A DNA stretch of 64,000 bases from Eledone cirrhosa (Eukaryota): the NCBI GenBank assembly GCA_964016885.1, contig OZ024740.1, positions 85,932,001 through 85,996,000 of the forward strand, in the 5' to 3' direction. The notes below the pieces were generated by a model. The model searched no databases. It saw only the letters and a list, made by a program, of their open reading frames with translations, and had not been told where the DNA came from. Shown here one piece after another: positions 53,786 to 64,000 of this stretch; position 1 is the stretch's first letter; each line of letters starts with the position of its first letter. The translations under genes were made by a program, and so were the position numbers.

Positions 53786-54411
53786 TATGTATGTATGTAT
53801 GTATGTATGTATGTATGTATGTATGTATGTATGTATGTATGTATGTATGTATGTATTTATGTATGTATGTATGTATGTTTTCTCTATGCTCAGTAACAAA
53901 GAAAGACTTCCACAGTCATAGAGAAAAAAGAATGTGGCTTAAGCAGTGTTTATTTTTCATTGGTAGGTATAATAGGTGTGCATACTAAAGTCTCTCTTAT
54001 CTTATAATATATATACAAACACAATATATACACAATATATACACAACATTAAACGAAATTGTGTATATGTCGTCGATTGAGCTGCTAGAATTAGTAGCCA
54101 GATCTCCATCAAATCATTCTCTTCCGTATTATAAAAGGAAGGGCCCATTAGGTATTATTGTCTGAGAAGAAAAGATGCCATGCACACCCCTAAAAAATGT
54201 TTCGTCATAATCTGTTTATCCAAGGCCGACCTGTGGTGAAGCAGCTACATCAACAATATCGTGTATATCCATAATATATAGTGTCAAAAATGCATTTTCT
54301 TTCAATCTCCTTCTCAACAAGGAATATGAAAAAAACTTACCTCAACACTTAATTTTAAATCTTACTAAATCTTACTAATACATCGAAACCGGTTATACTT
54401 TATATACTTTA

Positions 54412-54889
54412 TCTATATATCTAAAACAGAGAATGTCTGTCTGTCTCACTCCCTAAAACTCGAGAACCACCCAACCGATTGTTTTCAAACTTTACACATG
54501 TAATACTTATGGTCATGTGAGTGTTTTGAGAAAAAGAAATTTCAAATTTTCAATGCCCTAGGGACCGTATTAGGTGATTTAGCGATCTCTCTCTATAATT
54601 CTTAGTCTTTCTTTTTAGATAGATACTTAGCTATAACGTCGCGCCCTTATAATATCTCTCTGTATGTCTGGCTGTCTGCATTACGACATTATGACGCTAC
54701 CCGTGTGTGTGTGTATATATGTATATATAGTGTGTGTATATATGTATATATAGTGTGTGTATATATATATATATAGTGTGTAACATTTTTCGAAATATTT
54801 ACTTCTGCGTTCACAGATTGATTTTTTAGTTTCAGAAAATCCCGTTAAGGGTGAAAGCAGCAATTTTTTGCTTAAACTTTAATCTGTTA

Positions 54890-54964
<75 letters not shown>

Positions 54965-56295
54965 ACGTACATACATATATGTATACAGACGTACAGTAGT
55001 ATGTATATATATACATACATGCACACATATATATATGCACGTATCGGTTTACCGAAAATTTATTATAATGCTCGGTTTGTTTGTTTGTAAACAAACAAAC
55101 AGCCCGAATTACGCCGTACAATGTTTAGGCAACCACGTCACCTTTTTGTTCAACACTGACACAGGAACGATGTACTAGTTTCAGGCTTATTAGCTATCAT
55201 CAGCATCGTATACCTTCCTGCCAGATGGTTGAACGTCTGAAAGTATATACTTTCCTTATGCATATTAATGGCTGAGCAGCCTAATTTGCATATCGATTGA
55301 GTTCAGTCGGCCGGGCACACCGAAAACGATAAATGGAATAGAATGGAACGAAATTTCATTTCTCACTCTTAGTACGGCACTTACTTAAATGTAAGTATGT
55401 ATGTATGTATACGTACATACATATATGTATACAGCGGTACAGTAGTATGTATATATATACATACATGCACACATATATATATGCACGCATCGGTTTACCG
55501 AACATTTATTATAATGCTCGGTTTGTTTGTTTGTAAACAAACAAATAGCCCGAATTACGCCGTACAGCGTTTAAACAACCACGTCACCTTTTTTTCATGT
55601 CAGTGTTGAACAAAAAGGTGAGGTGGTTGCCTAAACACTGTACGGCGTAATTCGGGCTGTTTGTCACATTCTTTCTAACTTGACCACTGCCACGTCACGA
55701 TTCTTAGCCATTTTTTAAATCTATTTCTGGCGGGATCGCTTTGGAAAATTAACTGTCCTTTTGAGTTTGTCTCCTGATGAGTTCGATACTCGAGATTTAT
55801 CCTTAATAGGATATCTCAAATTACGAACGAAACCATGGTAGAGATAAAATTACGGTATGTACACATTTCTTCTAACTTTAAATTTATACCTAATTGTGTA
55901 TGGTTGACGATATATTTGGTCAGTTTCTACATGCTGTTGAAATGTTGGGTAAATACTCTATTGTGGTCAACCGCGAAGAGGCTGCTTTAGGTTATTTATC
56001 AAATATTTCTTCATAGGAGCCTTTATTCTTATAGCCTGGTCTAATTGATTTTTTATATGGTTAATTATGCTAATTGGGAGAGGAAATTGTATATATTTTA
56101 TCTAATGATTCTAAGGACATGATTTATGATATATATATATATATAATTATATATTCGTGTACAGATATTTTTGCATACACAATAACAAAATATAAACAAA
56201 CGTATTTATTTGACGAAGCTCAATAAGGATAAATATATATCAAATATATAAGAACCCTAGAGCAAATCCAGAGCAACCCCGGGCCATTCTGCTAG
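54412..56295 (+). mobile_element. Non-autonomous Helitron with captured or inserted sequence
   Basis: A|TCTATATATCTAAAAC 5' end; 3' hairpin CCAGAGCAACCCCGGG, then CTAG|T. Confidence 0.75.
55766..55848 (+). ncRNA. Type I minimal hammerhead ribozyme with intact core
   Basis: Stem I TTTGTCTC/GAGATAAA, CTGATGA, stem II GTTCG/CGAAC with long extension, GAAAC-CATG-GTA. Confidence 0.85.
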
Positions 56296-56454
56296 TATAC
56301 ATTATAAAACTATATTTTAAAAGAAGTAGCAGAAAAACCACCCTAGAGCGGTTTTCTGCTAGCATATGTTGTGTGCTTATTAGTTTTATACGCAAATATA
56401 TATGCATATAGATATGATATGTAAATTGAAAAGTAAATTGACAATATCTTCTTC

Positions 56455-57110
56455 ACCCACTTATTTCTGAAAGGGTCATGGGGGCAGAGTCCTCCTCAAA
56501 CACTCTTTCCAGTTAGTCAGTCAGAAGCACACATCTCTAACTGATCCAGCTGGATCCCAAAGCGTGACCAGCCAAGCTCATGGATGTTATCCAACTATCT
56601 TGCTCGGGGTCTACCTCTAGGTCTCTTGCTGGTTGATCTTGCCTTTAAAATGTGTCCAGCGATTCTTTACTGAGACATTATAACCACAAGCCCATAATAT
56701 CGGAGCTGTAATCTCTCAATCTGGAGAAGTAGCGGTTCTACCAGGAGTGACTCTCTGATCTCCGAGCTATTCCCTTTATCGAGTAACGTTATTCCAAAGA
56801 CCCTTCTGAGGAACCCCATTTCTGCCGTTTGTATTTGCAATTGAATTCTTCCGGCCATTATCTAAGATTCATGACCATCGGTAAGGGTTGGCAGAAATAC
56901 CTGGAAGACAGCGAGTTTGGCTTTTACACCTACCTCCCTTCTTCTGATTACTGAATGCTGAAACTGGCGCATTATTGCATCAGCTTTTGCAATTCTTGTA
57001 CTTAATTCTGCCTCTTGCATTCCATCACTCATGAACACGGCTCCAAGATACTTGAACTTCTCTAGCTGTTTCAGTAGAACTCCATTCACTTGTATATAAA
57101 TTTGAGGGAC
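56455..57110 (-). mobile_element. RTE-type LINE 3' fragment
   Basis: QLEKFKYLG, LPTLTDGHES, AEMGFLRRVFG, IERLQLRYYG. Confidence 0.8.
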
Positions 57111-57281
57111 TTCTGTCCATCCGTCCATCATACAATGTGTGTGTGTGTCTGTGTGAATGTATGTGTGTGTAAAAGGAAGGAAGGGGATACACACATATAT
57201 GTCTTTAACTTAAAAACGGTGACACATACACACACACACACACACACATATATATGACACACACATACATATATATATATG

Positions 57282-57318
<37 letters not shown>

Positions 57319-57384
57319 ACACATCTCTAATTTAAGAATGCCGACAAACTCACGCGCGTGCACATACACACACTCTCCTATTAC

Positions 57385-57830
57385 CACCGAAGAGCTTTGG
57401 CCTGGGCAAACATCCTTTTAATTTTGAAACTGTCTGGGTTGTCCGGAATTGATGGGAAAAGACCTGACGGTCTTACCTTGTGCTCCTGGTCAAGAGGCAG
57501 ATGCCTTGTCTAGGATATCACAGTTAGTAACTTTTTGCTTCTACCCACATCCTGGATGCAGCGGTAAGGGCGAGAGCTACAGCATCCGCAGCTGAACAGA
57601 ACAAAATCCTAAAATACCGTGATCTGTTTACTAACTACATTTTTCAACCTGCGGCGTTCGAGACGTTTGAGGAAGTCCTGCTACTGTGCAGCGAGTTTCT
57701 TATCTTCACTGGCGGCTCGCCAAACAGAGGTAATTGGTGAAGCAAGAGAGGGAGATTGTTTGTTCCAGTACCTTTACTCGAAGTAACGCTGCGAGTGTGC
57801 TGGCTTGCCTAAAACATTATTAGAGAGGTT
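57385..57830 (+). mobile_element. CRE-like RLE endonuclease fragment
   Basis: DGKRPDGLTLCSWSRGRCLV*DITV. Confidence 0.65.
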
Positions 57831-57900
57831 TCTCAGTACGCCCCGCGATATTATTATCTTTTGCTCTGGTAGTAGCTCGTTTGTCGATCCCTTTCGCCTG

Positions 57901-58063
57901 CCTTTTGTTGTATGTGGTCCTAGATGTATGTACTACCTGCTTGTGTGTTGTATGTGGTCCTAGATGTGAGTACTACCTGCTTGTGTGTTGTATGTGGTCC
58001 TAGATGTGAGTATTACTTGCTTGTGTGTTGTATGTGGTCCTAGATGAGTGTATTACGTGCTTG
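57901..58063 (+). repeat. 40-bp tandem repeat x4
   Basis: TTGTGTGTTGTATGTGGTCCTAGATGTGAGTACTACCTGC. Confidence 0.92.
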
Positions 58064-58141
58064 TAATGTATGTATATGCACATACGTACACATACGCACA
58101 CACATACACCCCAGTGCGTTGAAAATCATCCTAATCTCTTC

Positions 58142-58207
<66 letters not shown>

Positions 58208-58308
58208 ATATATATATGTATATAGAGCTTAGCGTTGTTTTGAAAATTAGCTTTGTTTACAAACAGCGGAAGTTCTACAGTCACTTTGTATCTCTCTCTT
58301 CACACACT

Positions 58309-58410
<102 letters not shown>

Positions 58411-58757
58411 TGGTGGCGATATACCGGAAGTATTGAAAATTGAATCTTTTAAAAGAAGTTAATCTTGAAATATGTAATAAAATTATTTTTGTTTAATCAT
58501 GTATTTCGAAATTTAGTACATAAATTATGTAATATTCATTCATTATTTATTCAAAGTAATCCAACTTATTTTACTAACGGCGTTAAATAATATATTCTGG
58601 ACGCAGTCCCGCACTCCTCCCTTTATTATAGTTAAGATTGTCCCTCTCATTTTTTCAATAATGTCATTTTGATTAATCAAAGAAAAACAGATCGTTGAAT
58701 ATATTTTTCGTGCTATTTCCAATTTCAGCCCGCCCCCTTCTCTCTCTCTCTCGCTAC

Positions 58758-58863
<106 letters not shown>

Positions 58864-59023
58864 AGTTTATGTTGAGTTTATGTTGAGTTTTGAGTTTATT
58901 TTGAGTTTATGACTCCAGTTCCCCAGTGAATTAACAACCCAGCAAGGAACTGGGCATATCAGAGTATTGACAATATCATACACCTAAATAACATATGTAC
59001 TTGTCTATACCATACTAATTCAA

Positions 59024-59078
59024 ACTGCCTGAAGAGGTCACAGCCAAAGATGGCTGTCACTGAAATATATATAGCAGT
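59024..59078 (+). ncRNA. Type I minimal hammerhead ribozyme with intact core
   Basis: Stem I ACTGC/GCAGT, CTGAAGA, stem II ACAGCCA/TGGCTGT, GAAA-TATATA-TA. Confidence 0.85.
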
Positions 59079-59145
59079 AATAAACGAAGCTAAATTTTAA
59101 TCATTTGACTTTTATTTAACTTTATTTTATATATATATATATATA

Positions 59146-59210
<65 letters not shown>

Positions 59211-60914
59211 GCGTGCGTGTGTTTGCGTGCGTGTATGTGCGTGTGTGTGTGTGTTTTTGAAAAAAGTAGCCAAAAATACAAATAACTTTAAACCCGAACA
59301 GACAAGTAGTTGTTTAACCTTTCTTCAAAAATTGGAATGGAACATTGTCCGTTTGTTTAGGAAAAAAGGTTTGAATAGCCATGGCTGGAACACCCTTGAT
59401 CATTTGTCTATTCAAACAGCAACAAAAACACCTAACAATAACAACATCAACAAAGTTAGCCATGCATTAATCTGGAAAATATACACAAACTTACGCAAGT
59501 ATTGATAATTGTCAGTTATTGTAAAATTTCTACATAAAAATCGCCAAACTTTACCTCACCTCACACTGATATACCTTCGATTGCTTATGTATCTCTAATG
59601 TCTAGCTGACAAACACCCACTAATTGCTGTCTCTTCATTTTATTACAGAAATTTTCTCTGTAACCGCTACATTCTTTTCTATAATCGCCATGCCCTTGCT
59701 TCCTCACAAACAGTTACAAGATTAGTATATTTATTTATATATAATAAATATACTGTGTTTCTCTACTTTACCAATAATTACATTTCAGTCCACCGTAAAC
59801 TTATACAATCGCATTCCAATGAAATAGCCTTCTATTACCCTATCACTGTAGGTTTTCTGGTCGTTACGACTCTCTTATTAGTACTACTCAAAATCTAATT
59901 TTAAATCAATTTATTTGTCGTCTGGAGTATCCCCCACTCATCATGTACCATCATACAACCACTTCGCGTAGGTCTAAATACACGTAATCAGATTTGTTCG
60001 ATAAGACAACAAAATATACACTTCTCATTTTAGTTCTCTGACAAAAGAAAAAAAGAGTATTGATTAAAGAAATAAGAGCAAAATGGAGGTTTGGTGAGAT
60101 GAAGTCTAAGAACAAAACATTGGGAGATGAATAGGTCAGATGCAATCATTAAATCATAATACTAGACCATGACATTTTTAGTGTTTTTCTTTCACTTTGA
60201 ACACATTAATATAGTTCATTTTTTTTTCAATTGGTTTCTCTCTCTGGGATTTGGTTTGTATAAATCTTAGCAATTAGAGAATGTCTGGCAGCTGAGTTAA
60301 GGTGAGCTCCACATTGTAGAATCACTGATGCAGCGTATTACTAGGTGTTCTTCATAGCAATACTTTCACCAACCCGTTCACAGGTCGCAGCCGAGATAAG
60401 CTTCCCAATTGAGAATATAGTTTGGCTCTTTTTGAAAGCCATATAAACGAAGTAGTGTTAACAACAATGCCACTATCATATATTTTGATAAGATATGATG
60501 ATTGGCTGAAGGTCATACGGATTAAAATTATGAATTGTACACGGTTTGGAATCATCAAAATATCTGTTGGTTACGAAAGTTAAAAATACAACGCCTTGAA
60601 TGGGCTTGGGATATATCATTTCGAAGTCTGTTGTAATCATATACGAGACAATAGAAACAGAGAAATCAATTGTTATAGAAGTATACAATTCCTTGTCCGA
60701 TTTAAATACTGGCACTAGAGTAAACAAGATGCAATATTAGTCTTCCATTTTAATCTTTCCACATTGCTTAATATTTGAAAGTATTAATATTCAACGAAAA
60801 GAGAACTAGATATGAAATAAACAGTAGAACCCCGGCGCCACAATATATTACCGATATCATTTGTTGTCGCTCGCCAACATACACCAATCCTTCGCTGTAA
60901 ACGTGCAGTGTCCT

Positions 60915-60973
<59 letters not shown>

Positions 60974-61554
60974 TTACTGCTACTGCAGTGGCGACATCTA
61001 TTCCTTTGTTCTCGTTGGTCTCTACTGATGTAGAGTTATTCCACTTAATTGTAGAGATATAACTAAGAATCAATCGTATTCAAGAATCGTTAAGCAAATT
61101 TTGAATTTTGAATGTATGTTAGCTTAAAGTAAGCTGCTTCATCATAACATTTATGACTATGAAAAATAGTCGAATATTCTTTCAAAATAGATAGATTTAA
61201 ATAACACATACATCTATGTCTTACGCATTGAAAAGTTTCATGTTACCTACATACATTAAGCATTCCAATGATTTATGAAGAAAATCTTTCTTGTAAATCT
61301 TTGGATAATGTTAGAAGTTTCTGACGAAGTATTGTATTAATTGTTAACATTCGTATAACTTCTGAAATTTTAGTCGAAATATTCTTAACGATGTTATTGC
61401 TCACAAAAGAATGAAAGGTAAAGATCAACTTTGAAGTGTTTGCAACCGAGAACGTAATGTAATAAAAATAATTACTGCTGCTGGTTGAATTCTCCAGCAC
61501 ATTTTGTCATCACACGCACATTTTACCGACTATTATACACATTTCTGGCTTCGA

Positions 61555-61690
61555 ATTAGCCGACGCGTCAGTATATCGGATAGAATGTTCTGCGATATTT
61601 GTTCCGGCTCTCTATGCTCTGAATTCAAATATCGCTGAGATTAACTTTGCCTTCCATCCTTTCGAGGTCGACAAAAATGTACCAGGGAGT
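61555..61690 (+). mobile_element. Diverged SINE
   Basis: GAATTCAAAT..AACTTTGCCTTCCATCCTTTCGAGGTCGA. Confidence 0.65.
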
Positions 61691-61879
61691 CAATTATTAT
61701 TCCACTATATCTTTTTTCAATTCCTCCTAATCACTTTTCTCTCCCATTCAATAGACGAAATTGGCTGTAATATTACTTGGAGAGAGAATTAGCTTCACAA
61801 GGTTTAAAGTGACCCTGAAACTCCAACACAAGTTACGGTATCATACATGCATCCATACATACGTACATACATACATGAT

Positions 61880-62790
61880 ACATACATCAATCTTACGATC
61901 TTCAAGATTGTCTTTTATCACATCCCTATTCCACTCTGATTTATGCTGTGGCCTGTTCCCTCTGGCTAGCTCCCCGTAAAATAACTGTTTAAGCAGCCTT
62001 CCATCTTTCAGCTTCACCATATGACGAGCCCAGCGCGTCTGGTTCATAATAATCCTCTTCTCAATACTCGTGTTGCCCGAATTTTCAAGTACAGCAGTAT
62101 CAGGTGTGTAAGAAAACCCCTTGATATTCAGAATGCGTCGGGTACACAGCTGACGAAATCTTTCCAGCTGATTGGTTTGATGACGGTAAGTTGTCCACGA
62201 TTCGCATCTGGGCTGTAAGAACACGCACCTCATAGACAGAGAGCTTTATGTCTCTCGTGATACTCTGTAGTCTTATGATTTATTTCAGCATCTACTTCCG
62301 AATTACACAAAGCTGTCCACCACTTCAAGCCTCTCATTAAAATGTCTGTATCATCATCATACAAGAACTCTCTGACAAGAATGCCAAATATTTGGACTTA
62401 TTGTTAAAATGTTTTAGATTAAATGCTTTGCCAGAGCTTTTAAATTGCAAATACCCACCGATTTTGAAGTCAGCAGCACAGCGAAGTAGTTGGAGAACAG
62501 TGGGTACAGGTATGTCACCCTGCTTGAGACCGTTTTTCACAGGAATTGATTCTGTGTCCCAATGTAGTTCACCTTTACCTTCATATTTTGATGAAGCTTT
62601 TTGAATATTCAAACAAATTAAGGGGGGAATCCAAGTTTATGCAACATGACCCACAATGCGTTTCGATTAACCGTATCGCCCCCCTCCACTAAGCTTGCTT
62701 GGCGAGTAGGGTGATTTCGGACACCCATCGGATGACAAGCAAACCCTGACAAAGGCCAGACAGACTCATGAGAGTCAGCTGTCATCCAAT
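61880..62790 (-). mobile_element. Internally deleted RTE LINE (5' end fused to RT region)
   Basis: DTVNRNALW, GLKQGDIPVPT, CESWTTYR, LKQLFYGEL. Confidence 0.8.
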
Positions 62791-62945
62791 AGTGTTTACA
62801 TATGTGTATATTGTATGGGTTTGTAAATATGTATATGCAGGTATCAGTGAAATTGATAGCGCGCGTGAGTATATTCATATATAAAAGCAAAACAATTGAA
62901 CTTTTAAACGTCTAAACAGATACATACATTCATTCATACATACAT

Positions 62946-63299
62946 ATGATGGCTGCCGCCTCGTTATCGAGTATGACCATTGCACGATATACCATTATTA
63001 ATAATTATTAATTAATTCTATCGTGCAATGCCTGTGCGTGAAGATATTTTTTAAAGTGAGGAAAGACTGTGCTCTAAGCCAATCCCACTCTCTGAGCGAC
63101 AGTAGCTATAACCCGAAAAGAAGAAAAGATCAACATCATCGGTAACTACTGAGCCGCAGGTTTTATATCAGAGTTATCACAGTTTCCTGAGTTGCCTTCT
63201 CCTAGAAGAATGCCCTGACAAAGGATAGGGGTCCTTCACTCCCAGTGGTTTAACCGCGCGATCGCGTGTCCAACCCGACTATTTCTATGTCCCCGCGCA
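62946..63299 (-). mobile_element. Complete RTE-derived non-autonomous element (SINE-like)
   Basis: Body matches 48415-48690; tail TCGTGCAATGGTCATACTCGATAACGAGG..GCAGCCATCAT matches 53741-53785. Confidence 0.8.
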
Positions 63300-63382
63300 T
63301 ATACATACACATGTACCCATGTATATACACATATACATATACATACATATGTACATGTGTATATACATATTTATGCACTTTT

Positions 63383-63570
63383 GGATGGCCGTTGACTCTT
63401 ATGAGTTCTTCCGCCCTTTGTCAGGTTTTGTCTTTTGTCCTGTAGGGTGTCCAAAATCCCACTCCTCACCAAGTAAACTTGGTGGGGTTGCCGGTTTAGT
63501 CGCCGACGACTCGACCATGTGACAGGTTGTACTGGGTTACATGTTACCAGTAGCACTCAAGAGTGACCTG
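63383..63570 (+). mobile_element. Isolated RTE 5'-end fragment
   Basis: Similar to the reverse complement of 62680-62790. Confidence 0.6.
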
Positions 63571-64000
63571 ACATACATACATACATACATATTTGCCGTT
63601 AGAGTAGATCACAAGAATACAAAAAAATGAACTGAGTTATAAAGGAATAGTTTTAGTCTGGACTCCGGGTTTTCGATAAGGAATTGAGTTTGTAACTTAT
63701 CACAACTTTGGAGGGCGGGGGTGTCGACATCCTCGGGTTGGATGCTGGTAACTGATCACTGATCTCTGATCTCGCTCAGGTGAAGGACAACAACTCGAGA
63801 TAGCAACGGAAGAAGAAGAACATCACAACTTTTGTTTTGTCTCTCTTGGTAAAGACCTCAACACTATTTGCCTGTCAATTTACTGTTTTTAAACGAATTG
63901 TAGAAGGTTGTCATCAATTTTCTTCCTTAATTACAAACATATCATGTGATAGAATGGAAACGATTTAGCCATTCGTTATTACCTTTTGTTTAAAAATAAA

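Noticed and set aside
57901-58063. CRISPR-like array
   Set aside because: Contiguous 40-bp tandem repeat without unique spacers, in eukaryotic context

Overview
Eukaryotic, repeat-saturated DNA with no recognisable host gene. The SINE types suggest a cephalopod, possibly an octopus (inference from recalled consensus). 1-14.3 kb is a head-to-tail array of L1/Tx1-clade non-LTR retrotransposons, each joined through (TATC)n tracts. A related Tx1 family at 20.6-26.1 kb sits instead in an (ATT)n SINE tail. The rest holds a deleted autonomous Helitron plus several non-autonomous Helitrons (three with fold-back palindromes), a mariner remnant, a probable solo LTR, two decayed Penelope-like elements, an R4/Dong-like element in (TAA)n, a near full-length RTE with three C2H2 fingers, RTE-derived non-autonomous elements, tRNA-type SINEs and many microsatellites. 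Three well-formed and two degenerate minimal hammerhead ribozymes are readable. Most interesting: microsatellite-specific Tx1 families with different targets, a conserved splice-donor/polypyrimidine motif before Tx1 ORF2, covarying 5' UTR hairpins, and hammerhead-bearing mini-elements in (TA)n. All calls come from reading motifs by eye; no searches were run.
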